From the NCBI RefSeq assembly GCF_009914755.1, contig NC_060935.1: 64,000 nt of DNA; one strand, written 5' to 3'. The DNA comes from the human T2T-CHM13v2.0 reference genome, Homo sapiens. The position numbers and the translations under genes are program-made. A model generated the notes under the pieces. That model saw only the letters and a list, made by a program, of their open reading frames with translations, was not told where the DNA came from and did no database searches. Below, piece by piece: positions 14,945 through 27,446 of this stretch; within the stretch, counting starts at the first letter, position 1, and each line of letters starts with the position of its first letter.

Positions 14945-15730
14945 TAAAATATAAACTTACCATCTTAACCACTTCTAAGTACAGTGTTCACTGGCGTTAA
15001 ATATATTCACATTGTTGTGCAACCAATCTCCAGAACTTTTTTATCTTGTAAAACTGAAACTCTGTACCCATTAAATAACTCCCCTCCTCCTCCCCACAGC
15101 TGTACGTAACCACTCTGCTACTGTCTGTCTCTGAATTTGACTACTCTTGGCACTTCATGTAAGTGGAATCACACAGTATATGCCTTTTGGTGACTGGCTT
15201 ATTTCACTTAGCATAATGTCCTTAAGGTTCATTGATGTAGTGGCATGTGTCAGAGTTTCCTTTTAAAGACTGCATAATATTCCACTGTGCATATATACTA
15301 CATTCTCTTTAGACACTCTTCTGCCGATGGGCAGTTGGGTTGCTTCTATGTCTTGCTATCATGAGTAATGCTGCTATGAACATGGACATGCAATCTCTCT
15401 TCAAGATCTGGCATTCAATTCTTCTGTATGTATGCAGAAGTAGGATTACTGAGACATATGGCAATCTATTTTCAATTTTTTAAAGAACCAACACCATTTC
15501 CATAGCAACTGTGTCCATTTTCATTTCCACCAGCAGGGCACAAGTGTTATACTTTTCCAATTTCTCTACATCCTCACCAACACTTGTTGTTGTTTTCTTT
15601 CCCTTTCTCTCTCTCTCTCTCTGGCTTATTTCACTTACCATAATGTTCTTAAGGTTCATCCATGTTGTAGCTTGTGTCAGAATCTCCTTTCTAAAACCTC
15701 ATCCAGGCCTTAAGTTCAAACCCAGGCTGA

Positions 15731-15886
15731 GAGAGTACCTTGGAGAGGGGAAGGCAAACACTGAATGTTGGGCCCTGGGTTTGGATTTTCTCCCACTAGG
15801 GAGGGTGTCTGAGAGAGTTAGAGCGGGGTAGAGAAAAATAAAAACTGCTGAGAACTAACTCGGCTGCAGAAGGAGCCATGGAAATT
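15731..15886 (+). repeat. Copy 1 of local triplicated unit
   Basis: ~85% identical by eye to 16603-16760 (gagagtacc...gctgcagaaggagccatggaaatt). Confidence 0.92.
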
Positions 15887-16602
15887 CTCTCTCTCTTTTC
15901 CTCCATCTCGTGACCATCCTCTAATGGGTGTAAGGTGATGTCTCGCTGCAGTTTTGATTTGTATTTTCCTGATGATTAGTGATATCGAACATGTTTTCCA
16001 CTTGCTCCACCATTTTTTTTTTTGAAAATCCTGTGCAAAGTTTTAAAAATTAGAAATGTCAGTCAAATTGACCTCATATCTAAGGGAGTTTCGACCAAGG
16101 AGATATCCCATGGTGGAGGGAATTTAGGTTTGGGGATTAGATCTCAATTCGTATCCCACAGTTGTGCCAATTAGGGGCTATGTGGCATTGGGCAAATTGC
16201 CTCTCAAGCCTCAGTTTGCAAATATATAAAATAAAAATAATAATGTCTACTGAATAAGGCAGTCCCAGGGAAGAAATGAGGTAAAGACCCTATGATGAAT
16301 TATTCTTTTTCTTGTTCATCTTCCTTGTTGCACTGAAGCTGGTGCTATCATCCTGCAACTGACAAGAACACCAGGACTTACTTTGTCCCTTATGTTAAGC
16401 ACATGATATCCACTAAGCACCTTTTCTATGTAAGACACTGCACCCAGGAGTGAGGAAACTCAAGAGATACGTAAGACATGGATCTACACCAGGAGCAGGC
16501 CTGGGATTGCCAGGTGAATGCAAGGCCAGAGCCAGGAGGGGACACCTGTATCTGGAGCCACCCAGCTGGCTTCTCAGGAAGACTAAGGCTTGGATAGGCC
16601 AA

Positions 16603-16820
16603 GAGAGTACCCTGGAGTGGGAAGGGCAGACCTTGAATGTGAGGCCGCTGGGTGTGGATTTCCTCCCACCCAGGGAGGGTGACTGAGAGAGTTTCAGCAG
16701 GGCAGAGAAAAATAAAAACTGGTGAAAACTAATTTGGCTGCAGAAGGGGCCATGGAAATTATCTGAGGAAGCAAGGCCCCTCTCTGGGAGGAACTTCTTT
16801 CTCTGGGCTACTTAAATTCC
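16603..16820 (+). repeat. Copy 2 (longest, probably ancestral) of local triplicated unit
   Basis: Shares its 5' part with 15731-15886 and its 3' part with 18095-18241; appears to lie in continuous L2-like then L3-like remnant sequence. Confidence 0.92.
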
Positions 16821-18094
16821 TTCTGCTGGAATTGAAGTTTGTTTTCTCTTCTGCAGTCTTTTGGGGAAGGAGAGAAATGCTAATTACCCTCCTCTATTAC
16901 CCTTCATTGATTTATGGGAGGGGAGCTCTGCCATCCTCTGGTCTTCCTCCCTCTCCCAGTGTGCTTCCCCCTGGATGTACTAACAAGGGCTTAACTAGAG
17001 TTGAATGAGCGCCAGGGCAGCTTAGCTTACAGTACCTCTCCGAAGTTCCTCCTCCCTCTCCTTCTCTTCTCCTCTCCCCTCTCTTCCTCCACCCCCTCTA
17101 CCCCCACCAGTGTCTGTCCTTGGGGGCTCAGGGCAGAGGCCACCCTCCTGGGGGAGATGATCCCCTAGAACTGCCCAGGTGGGCTCACCTCTGCTCCTCC
17201 CCGGGAGCAGCCAGCAAGCAGCCAGGGAGCCCTGGGAAGCCAGGTCAAATGCAGAGGATGTAGGAGCAGGAGCCAGGGGGAGGCAGGGTGTCCACCAGGG
17301 AGGTGATTAGCTCTGCAGTGCCTCTAATAATAATCTGTGAGGCTAACAAACAGCGCAGAGGAGGAGACAAGTGCAGCCCCTGTGCTGGCTGTCTCTGTCT
17401 TTGTTAAGGTTAGAGGAGGAGGGAGACTGTGTTAATTGCAGACTTATCATGATTACCTCCAGCTCTCAGCCCGAGAGCCACAAGAGGCAAAGCCATGGAT
17501 TAGTGTGGAGATTGGAGGGGCTGAGAGCTGAGGGGGTAGGGTTCCCTCTGGGCCCTGGGGACCCAACTTGTGAGAAAACCCTGAAATTAAAAAACTCAGT
17601 TCATCCATTGATCAGTATTGACGGGGTGCGATGTGTTCTGTAGAACATTCAAAGCAGTTCTGAATTTCATTTTTTAAGATATGAGATATAAGCCAAAAAA
17701 GATGAGTCTCCATCTATCCCACCACAGAACCTCCCAAGGCACACACACGCCCTCTCCCACACACACTCACACGCACACACACTTGGTTCTGAGCCCTCCT
17801 GTGTTAGACACTCTATAAATATCCATCACATTGAATTAAAATGGAAACTGGACCTAGAGAGAAGGGGTGTGGCTGTTCTCACTCTGGCTTTCCTAGTTCT
17901 TTTGCTGCTCCATCCCGATCCTGTAGCTGCCTGCAAAGGAGAACACAGAGGTGAGACTAGAAGGCCCTCAGCCAGGGTTTGAGGAGGCCTCTGGGAGTCA
18001 GCTGACTCACCACGGGGGCAGCAGCAAAGGCAAAATCAGGGCCAGGCTGGGAGAGCTTGGACAGGACACCAAACCCAGTCTTAAAGCAAATGCA

Positions 18095-18241
18095 GAGTGT
18101 GACTGAGAGAGTTTGAGCAGAGCAGAGCAAAATGAAAACCAGTGAGAACTAACTCAGCTGCAGAAGGAGCCATGGAAATTATCCGAGGAAGCAAAGCCCC
18201 CTCACTGGGAGGAACCTCTTTCTCTTGGCTAATTAAATTCC
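18095..18241 (+). repeat. Copy 3 of local triplicated unit
   Basis: gtgactgagagagttt...ccatggaaattatccgaggaagcaaagccccctcactgggaggaacctctttctc matches 16679-16820. Confidence 0.92.
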
Positions 18242-18364
18242 CAAGCTTTGGAAGCCTGGCCAGAGCAAGCGCCCTGGTTAACATCACGTAGGGCACACCC
18301 AGACCATGCCTGAGTAGGGGGATGAGGTGTGGGCATCTAGGCTTACTGAAGGCTAAAACAGCAA

Positions 18365-18660
18365 TTTTTTTTTTTTTTTGAGATGGAGTCTCGCTCTGTC
18401 GCCCAGGCTGGAGTATAGTGGCACGATCTCTATTCACTGCAACCTCCGCCTCCTGGGTTCAAGCAATTCTTCTGCCTCAGCCTCCGGAGTAGCTAGGATT
18501 ACAGGCACCCACCACCATGCTCAGCTAATTTTTGTATTTTTAGTAGAGACGTGGTTTTACCATGTTGTCCAGGCTGGTCTCGGACTCCTGACCTCAAGTA
18601 TCTGCCTGCCTTGGCCTCCCAAAGTGCTGGGATAACAGGCGTAAGCCACCGTGCCTGGCC
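18365..18660 (-). mobile_element. AluS
   Basis: Full dimer on minus strand; TSD acagcaa. Confidence 0.95.
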
Positions 18661-19164
18661 TATGACAGCAAATCTTAAAAATGCAGTTCTCTGAGGCTAG
18701 CCTCTGAAAGAATATGAGCAAATTTTACCCCCTTAGATTATAAGTTAAAGACCTCAAAGGGGCTTGTGGAAATAAGAAACTTTGTGGAGGATGCTGGAAA
18801 GAAGGTGGCTGGAATTTCTCCCTCGTGGGTGGGTTTGTCTCAGGCAGAGATCTCTCAGTTAGCCAGTCAACTGTCTCTTCCATCTGGGCAGTGCATGGGG
18901 ACAGCGGCCCAGGCTGGTTAGCCAGGGACTACACATGGGGCTTGGACCTGCCCTATCCTCTGCAGCTGCTTCAAATTTTCTTTCATCTGCTCTCTCCCTG
19001 GTCTCCCCTCCCCTCACTTCTATAGACCTCATTGTCGCTTGCAGTGGCCTGAAACCCCACCCCTTCCCTAGGCTCCCAAACTTGACACCCCCTAAGATCT
19101 GATCTATGGCAGCAGGACTGGTGGTGGATCCATGAAATAATCATGATAATAATAATGAATAAAT

Positions 19165-19395
19165 GAATTACCATCTATTACATTCTTAATATGTGCCAGG
19201 GCCCTGAGCTAAGTGTTTTATAATGCAGTATTCCATGTAATCCTTTTAACAGTCTTGTGAAAGATCATTTAATCATTTTATAAGACCTGATTTATAAATG
19301 AGGAAACTGAGGCCCAACAGCTTGCCTAAGGTCAGTCAGATACCAAGCTTGTTAAGCCGGGATTCAAATTCCGAAGTGCATGCTTTCTCTCCTAT
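19165..19395 (-). mobile_element. MIR
   Basis: atgtgccagggccctgagctaagtgttt...aatgaggaaactgaggccc...gggattcaaatt. Confidence 0.8.
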
Positions 19396-19754
19396 GGAGA
19401 GGACTGGGGAGCAGGGAGGTCAAATTCCTTGACCCATCATTTCTCCTGCTTGTCAAAAGGGCTCAGAGTGCCCAGCCTGTATCCATCGTGGCCCTCACCC
19501 CCTCCTCTAGGCCCTGTCTCTAGCCTGAGATGGCCAGAAGCCTGGGTCCTTCACCTCAGTGGGAAGTGCTTCACCTCAGTGGATACCCAAGACCCACCAT
19601 TCGCACTTGTCTGTGGTTTGTGTGTTTCTTTGTTTTGTAGTTTCATTATGAAACTAATGAAAAGTGACATCAGAGGAAGTAGTCGCTTTAATATCTTATT
19701 TGTTTCTCCATGGTGTGCAGAAAAAAAGAAAAGTTAACCTCGGAAAGTATTTTC

Positions 19755-20440
19755 CTTTTTTCTTAGAATGTATTTATTGTTAAATGTCAGATTCAGGAGG
19801 TACATGTGCAGGTTTGTTACATGGGTATATTGCATGGTGCTCAGGTTTAAGCTTCTAATGATCCCATCACCCAAATAGTGAACACAGTACCCAAAAGGTA
19901 GTTTTTCAACCCTTACTCCCCTCCACCTCTCCCCTGTTTTGGAATCCTCAATGTTTATTTTTCCCTTCTTTGTATTCATGTGTACACAATGTTTAGCTCC
20001 CAGTTACAAGAGAGAACATGTGGTATCTGGTTTTCTGTTTCTATGTTAATTCACTTCGGAGAGTGACCTCCAGCTGCATCCATGTTGCTGCAAAGGATCT
20101 AATTTCCTTCTTTTTAATAGCTGTGTAGTATTCCATGGTGTAGATGTACCACATTTTCTTTATCCAATCCATTGTTAACGGGCAACTGGGTTGATTCCAC
20201 ATCTTTCCTATTGTGAATGTGCTGCCATGAATATACAAGCGCAGGTGTCTTTTTGGCAGAACGATTCCTATTTATTTGGGTATATACCCAGTAATTTCTA
20301 TTCCTTTGGTTATAGACCCAGTTCGCTTGCTAGGTGAAATGGTAATTCTATTTTTAGTTCTTTGAGAGATCTCCAAACTGCTTTCCACAGGGGCTGAGCT
20401 AATTTGCATCCCCACCAACAGTGTATACTCGTTCCCTTTT
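19755..20440 (-). mobile_element. L1 3' end (old L1PA/L1PB-like)
   Basis: gtacatgtgcaggtttgttacatgggtatattgcatg 3'UTR; ORF2 remnant WNQPSCPLTMDWIKKMWYIYTMEYYTAIKK. Confidence 0.92.
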
Positions 20441-23400
20441 CAGAAAGTATTTTCAAGTTTGTCAGACTGGGGACACTGTGTTCTTTTCTACAATTGGCCC
20501 CCGAAGTGAAAAGCCCCTAGTAGAAGTTTCTCTGGGCAGTTCAGTCTCAGGAAGTCCCTCTCCCATGGCTCCATGCCCCTTCCCCTGGGCATGGTGTCCC
20601 TTTGCTTTTCTTGTCTTTCCCAGACTCTTCGTCTGCCAGCCCTACCCTGAGCTCCGAAGTCACAGTCAGTTGGGGCTGGTGAAGGTGGGGAGGAGCCTCC
20701 AGCACTGGCCATCCTCCTGGCAGGGGCGCTTTCCCACAGCACCCTTCTATTCTGTATGGCTTGGCTTTTGCAGTGACACATTGAAGACCATCATTGCTGT
20801 TTATTGAACACTTGGTGCTCTTCTGAGTGTCTCACTGCACAGATTCATTTAATCCTCACAAGAATCTGGTAGCATGTTCATGGATCGCATTTTACTGACA
20901 AGAAAATGGAGGCATAGCAAGATGGAGTCACTCATCCAGGCCCACAGCCTGCAAGTGTTGGAGACAGGATGTGAGCTTCAGCAGTCTTGAGTGCCCAAGA
21001 GTACTCTTCCTTTCTGGTACTGAATGCCGGGGACATTTAGTAGTGATTTTTTTTTTTTTTTTTTTTTTGGCAGGCTGGCCTAGGAAACTTTCTGCTGTGA
21101 ATAACACAGCTCTACATGCCAAGTTCCAAGCAGCTGACGTATTAATGAGCATAGCTGTGGCCTGCCTGCTCTTTTGTGTCCCCCTCAGAACTTGAACAAA
21201 AGACATGCTCCATGGGTGTTGGGTGGGTGGTTGATTGATTGAATTTTTTACCCACAGGAAGCTCCACTGGCTTCCACAGCTTCTGAGGTTGGAGAAAGGA
21301 AGGAGGGAGGGAGGCGTGGTGGTCTATGTGAACAGGTTCCTCTCCATCGGCAGCTTAGTCCTGGGGTGCATGCTGTGCCTCCTTCTTGGGTAGATTTTTG
21401 GGGCAGACGCTATGGATTCCTGTGAAGTTGGTGAAGCAGATCCACACTGAACTCCCTTTCAACCTGGTGGACCCCTCATTCTTTTCTTTCAGCCTGAGGA
21501 CCTGGCAGCCTCTAAAAGCACGTCTGCAGAACATGCTGAATAGGCCAGTGCCCACGGGAAGATAGTCCTTAGGGCTAGCTAGCTGCTGTACTCACTTTCC
21601 TAGGATGGCTGTGGGTTGGAGTTCATGGGTCTCCCAGGCTTCTTAGAGACAGAAAGAGCAAGCCAGAGAAAGCTTGACTCCAGTGCCCAACCTAGGAGGA
21701 GGTCAGGCAGTATAGAGAGACACACAGGTTAGCTGACAGACATTTCAGATCTACCTCAGGCTCAAGATGCCACACCTGCTGTTACTTGTCCAGGGAGTCA
21801 GCCCTCGAGATGCCCCCTGTGGGGAGACCTCAGAGGGTGGGGAGACCAGAGGGAAGAACGGGAGGAGGGGGAAGAAGATGTCATGTACTGAACTGAGAAC
21901 ACTCAGGGAAATAAAGGATCTATTTTTTTCAATTTGTTCTCAGCAAACATTTGTCATTTAATTTCTTCCTAATTACACAATTACGTAATTATGTAGTATT
22001 AGTAAAATAAAGCCTAAAGACGTTTGAGTAAAGAATTACTTAAGTAAATAATGTCTGACTGAAGTAATTATTTCCAGGGTTTTCTTTTTTAAAGGAGAAT
22101 GGGATAGAATTAGTTCAGGCATTGTTGCAGGGCTGCATGGGGGTTTGGGGTGCCGCACAGCTGGGGGCAGCTACGAGGCTCCGTTGCCCACTGGGGTCCA
22201 GCTTCTTGGCAGCTTCCTTTCTCTGTGGCTGAGGCTCTGATGGCAAGTTCCAACCCTGCTATTGGCTAGGTGGCTTGGGAACTGACTTCTCCTTTGAGTC
22301 TCACTTGGCCCTTCAGAGAGGGAATTCCTGGCTCCAGTGGGTGGGGAGGACTGGGGTGGTCGAAGGAGACTTTGGGCAGAAGTAAGTCCTCAGTGACTAA
22401 GGGCTGTGCCTCAGCCACACCAAGTTTACCAAGAGGCAGCTATGGGTGAGCCCACCACATGCAGTGATAAAGAGTTCACCCACCAGCTGTACCAGCAAGT
22501 GCCTCGGTGGTAATGTGGTGGCAGTGATGCGTTGGATGGGAGGGTAGACCTCGGGCTGCAACACTAGCTGGAGACCTTATGTGGGCAGATCCCCGGGGTC
22601 AGGCTGTGGTCGACCCTGGGTGTTTCCATCCTGGCCTGGGGTTGTAGAGGTGCAGGTTTCTCCAGGGTTGGCACTCAGTTCCCCTAATACCTGAGTGCAT
22701 GGGGGTGGCAGCCTGAGCCCAACCGAATTCTCTAGCAGACTTGGATCTGGCAGTGTGCTAGAGGGCTGGCCAGGCCTGAGGTTAAGGGGACACTTGGCTG
22801 GGGCTGGTGTGGATGCTGCCATATGGCCTCCTCAGTGCCCTGCCCAGCCTGCACTTCCTAAGCCCAGAGGTGTGCTCTCAGGCATAACAGCCCTCTTTCC
22901 CTGCAAGGCAGAGCTTAATGACGAGCTGACCCAGCAGCTTCTTATAGAAGGGGATTCCTGGGAAGCCAGGCTGACCTCTGCCTGCTAAATCATTCCCCAT
23001 TCCCCTCTTCCACAGGGCTTGATAATCTTTCATAAGAGATTCATTTGTTCCTTTGATGTGGAAGGGTTTGCACTCTCTGAGACTCTCCTATTACAATGCA
23101 AGTAGCCCTGGAGACGGTAAACCCTTAAGACTGATCAGCTCTTTCCTTAGGACAGTAGAACCAATCTATTCTTGCCCTGGGGCTGCTCTTGCATTTCTTG
23201 AGGACTCGTGTTCCCTGCTTAGTCTCTGGGAATCCAAGGGTTCAAGGCCTGGGCCCTCAGTAGTCATAGTGATGGTGGGCATTGAGCAGCATTGCTCATC
23301 ATGCTCCTCTGCCAGCTCTAAGTCTCTGAGAGCTTGGAGGAGAAAGAGGTGCTGGAGATCAACAGGAAAATGAAACAGGCAGGTTGTTCGGCCTGCTCAC

Positions 23401-23569
23401 TGAGGCTGTGGCTTTGGGCCCTTACTGGTGGCTCACTGAGCCCAGCATCCCTTGGGAACACCAAGGAGGCTCCTGAAAGTCCCCAGAGCCACAGGAGAGC
23501 ATTGAAAAGGAAGGCTGATTTGGTCAAAGATCAACTTTTCCTGGGTTATATATTCTTCACTGAGTAGCA

Positions 23570-24535
23570 GGAGTTTGGCAACATTCCATAAAGTTGAAGA
23601 TACATTTTTCTGCAAACCAGCAACTCCACTCTTAGACATTGCTCTTAGGCATAGAAGAGCTCTCATATAAATGCATAAGAGACACACACCAAAGGCATCA
23701 TGGCTGTGTTGTTTGTGATAACCGAAAAAAAAAAAGAGAGAGACATACAAAAAGATAAAAGGAAGCAACCTAAATTTTCATTATCAGGAGAGTGGATAAA
23801 AAATAAATAAGTTGGGGCATATTCATTTAATGAAATTCTTATTTTTATTTATCTTTATTTTTTTTTTTTGAGACAGAGTCTCGCTCTGTCACCCAAGCTG
23901 GAGTGCAGTGGCACAATCTCAGCTCACTGCAACCTTTGCCTCCCAGGTTCAAGCAATTCTCTTGCCTCAGCTACCAAGTAGCTGGGACTACAGGCATGAG
24001 CCACCAAGCCTGGCTAATTTTTGTATTTTTAGTAGAGACAGGGTTTCACCATGTTGACGAGGCTGGTCTTGAGCTCCTCACCTGAAGTGATCTGCCTGCC
24101 TCGGCCTCCCAAAGTGCCAGGATTACAGGCGTGAGCCACTGTGCCCAGCCTCACTCAATGAAAGTATTTATAGTAATAAAAATGAATGCAGTTGAGCTAT
24201 GCATATCAACATGGATGAATCCTACAAACACACTGTGGAGCTAAAAAAGCAAGTGGCAGAAGAATATATACGCCATGATACCACTTATAAAAGTTGTAAA
24301 TGATGCAAAACCATATTATATACCATTTATGAATAATACACAGCAATATAAACACCAAATTCAAGGTGGTCAAATTCAAGAGAGTGGGAATAGTGGGTAG
24401 GGGATATGGTTTGGAGAAAGGGGATGTAGTGCATGGGCATTTAACTTTATTGGTGATGTTTTATTTATGCTAGGAGGTAGACACAGAGTATCATATTATT
24501 CTTTAAAATTTTTGAATATTTGAAAATGTTTCATA
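23570..24535 (+). mobile_element. Old L1M(E) 3' fragment with Alu insertion
   Basis: cagcaactccactcttag...atatcaacatggatgaatcctacaaac...aaaaaagcaagtggcagaagaatatatac. Confidence 0.7.
23839..24150 (-). mobile_element. AluS
   Basis: Full dimer; degenerate TSD tcatttaatgaaa / tcactcaatgaaa. Confidence 0.95.
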
Positions 24536-24612
24536 AGAAACAAAAATATAAAGTTCCAAAGAATGACAACTGAGGACCTTGCCCACTTTCCCCAGAAATG
24601 TCAGAATGTGTT

Positions 24613-24664
24613 GTGTGTGTGTGTGTGTCTGTGTGTGTGTGTGTGTGTCTGTGTGTGTGTGTGT
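24613..24664. repeat. Interrupted (GT)n microsatellite
   Basis: GT runs broken by CT. Confidence 0.95.
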
Positions 24665-24918
24665 ATCTGAGATGGCAGAGGTGGGAAATGACAGTTGGGG
24701 TAAGGGGCCATGGAGAAAATCTCATATAGACAGGCCACACTTGGCTCCTAGGAAGTTTTCTAGGTTGCATACTTATTCAGTAAAGTTTCCTCTCTTCACA
24801 TAATGTTTGCCTACGTATGAAGCTAAATATTCATTGAGTAAATTAGCCAGTTCAAATCTGTGGTACAAAAAGACAATTCCTTCTAATTACAGGGATGCCA
24901 GTTAAAAGATGCCACACT

Positions 24919-25087
24919 GTGGGATCCTGTAGTCCCAGCTACTCGGGAGGCTGAGGCAGGAGAATTGCTTGAACCTGGAAGTCAGAGGTTACAGTGAGCC
25001 AAGATGGCACCATTGCACTCCAGCCTGGGTGACAGAGCAAGACTCCAACTCACAAAAAAAAAAAAAAAAAAAGAAAAGAAAAAAAAA
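24919..25087 (+). mobile_element. 5'-truncated AluS (right arm)
   Basis: Right arm plus long A tail; TSD gccacact at 24911-24918 and 25088-25095. Confidence 0.92.
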
Positions 25088-25488
25088 GCCACACTAGGCT
25101 GCCATTCACTGCCAAGAGAGCCTTAATAAAATTCTAGCTATGATTCAGATTCAAAAAGGTAAAAAAAAAAAGAAAAAAGACACTGTTATTTTTGATAATT
25201 AAATATTTACCAGAGCTGAGAAAATAAGTCATACTTATGTTTCAAGTATACCAAAAGCTCTTTTTAAAAAGTCCCAATAAAGAAATTGTTGCTCTCACAG
25301 CTTTGCTGCCAGGGATTTTCTGGGCTAACATCAGTATCATGGCCAACTTTCCTGGAGCATCTGCAGCCTGGCAGTGACCAGTTCTGACTTCACATGCAGG
25401 CAGTGCTTAGGCATCCATTCCTTTTAGAGACATTATTTAGTTTATAGCTACTTTCCTGCCTGGTACTTTAAAATAGTTCCACTGTATG

Positions 25489-25847
25489 TGATATGGTTTG
25501 GTTGTGTCCCCAACCAAATCTCATCTTGAATTCCCATGTGTTGTGGGAGGGACCCGGTGGAAGGTAACTGAATCATGGGGGCAAGTATTTCCCATGCTGT
25601 TGTCGTGATAGTGAATAAGTCTCATGAGATCTGATGGTTTTAAAAAGAGGAGTTCCCCTGCACAAGCTCTCTCTCTCTTTGCCTCCTGCCATCCATGTAA
25701 GACATGACTTGCTCTTCCTTGCCTTTTGCCATGATTGTGAAGCTTCCCCAGCCACGTGGAACTGTAAGTCCAATTAAAACTTTTTCTTTTGTAGATTACC
25801 CAGTCTTGGGTATGTCTTTATCAGCAGTGTGAAAACGAACTAATACA
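25489..25847 (+). mobile_element. THE1 (THE1A-like) solo LTR
   Basis: tgatatggtttgg...ctaataca termini; perfect 5-bp TSD gtatg at 25484-25488 and 25848-25852. Confidence 0.95.
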
Positions 25848-26679
25848 GTATGTTTTCTCCTCTGTCCAATTCAATTCTAAGTATCATGATAACAGAGCTG
25901 TCTTTTATAGGGAGTGGAGATGGATGGGAGAAGAGATAGATCATCTTTAATCCAGTCCTCTCTGTCAAAGGAAAGCTCAATGACTGCTGAATTAATATGT
26001 TAGTTGGAGTGGTATAAATTGCACCCTGACTTGAGATCCAGCTCTGATACTCCCCAACGAAGACTTTGAATGAATTACTTACACTCTCTTGGTCTCAGTT
26101 TTGCTTCTGCAAAATAGGGATGATCCATAACTACCCTATAGGCTTCTTGTGAAGATCCAAGGGGGTCATAACTGCAAAAATTGATTTTATATTGTAATTT
26201 GCTAAACAATTGAAAACCGTTATACAAATATGAAATGTCATTATTGATTACAATGACATGTGCAGGAATGGTAAAATTAATGTAATTTGCCCCTACTCCT
26301 TCTTACAGTAGACATATAGGCATTGTCTACTCATCTCTTTGCATCTAGGATCTGTTACTCCTCCCTCTGCATGCAGTGGTCAGCATTGGAAACATCCTGT
26401 GTCCCCTCTCTTCCTGGCCTTTCATGGGACATGCTTCCAGGACTACAGCTGTTTGGTCCAGGGATAGTACTGCATCTGAGCTAGGCCAGTCTAAGAACTT
26501 TTCTGGAATTTTAAAAACAAAAATTGAGGAAGTCAGTCAGATTCCTCTTTGGTTAAAAATGCTATAGAATAAGAAATTATGAAATATCCTAACTGTAGTC
26601 CATGACTTGAATTTTACTATATTCAGTAGTACTGTACTATTCTCTGCCCCACTCAATCACACCACAAGAAAACAAAACT

Positions 26680-27128
26680 AAACAGAAAGCAGTGAGTTGA
26701 ACACAATAGACATGGATGTTGCTCTTATGTAAACGTCTAGAGATACAACTTGCAGGGCCAGGCAGAGAGCTCCATGTGTCAGGATCCTAACTTTCTCCCT
26801 CTCCATCCTCAGTGCAAATTTCCAGCTCCAGTCCCACTCATGTTTTAATAAAGATGCAAGAACTTCAATGATCTATTTGCATTCCAAGCTGTTGAAGGCA
26901 CAAAAGGAAGTAAATGTGCATGTCCCTCCTTCTGAGAAGGCCTAACCCTCTGCTTACATCTCATTGGTTAGAACCTAATCACATGGTCATGCCTAGCTGC
27001 AAAGAAAGCTGGGAAATGTAGCTTTATAGCTGGAAACCATTGCTCACTCCCCTGAGTAAAACGGATCCTGTCACTAAGGAGAAAAGGACGATGCATGTTG
27101 GATTAGGCTACTAGTAATCTCTGCTATG
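26680..27128 (-). mobile_element. Old MaLR LTR fragment (MLT1J/K-like)
   Basis: ctgcttacatctcattggttagaacctaatcacatggtcatgcctagctgcaaagaaagctgggaaatgtag. Confidence 0.65.
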
Positions 27129-27253
27129 TGAAGTAGGTCTGCTACATGGAAGAAGCTGGTCTGTTGCAGCATTTTTACATTTCCCACTTCGGTTATTCAA
27201 TTTTAGTTCTGATTATAGGAAATATTCAGGATCCTCTTAATAAATTCCTTCTT

Positions 27254-27410
27254 GGCCAGGTGCGGTGGCTCACACTTGTAATCCTAGCACTTTGGGAGGC
27301 TGAGGTGGGAGGACTGCTGAGTCCAAGAGTTCAAAACCAACAGAAGCAACATAGCAAGACCTTGTTTCCAGTACAGAAAAAATTAAAATAAATAAATACA
27401 TGAATAAATT
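27254..27410 (+). mobile_element. FLAM-like Alu monomer
   Basis: Left monomer with its own TSD aattccttctt at 27243-27253 and 27411-27421. Confidence 0.88.
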
Positions 27411-27446
27411 AATTCCTTCTTTTTTTCCTTTCATTAAAAAAGCATA

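Noticed and set aside
25741-25757. Possible PRDM9 hotspot motif in the THE1 LTR
   Set aside because: The sequence is cttccccagccac, which does not match the active CCTCCCTNNCCAC form
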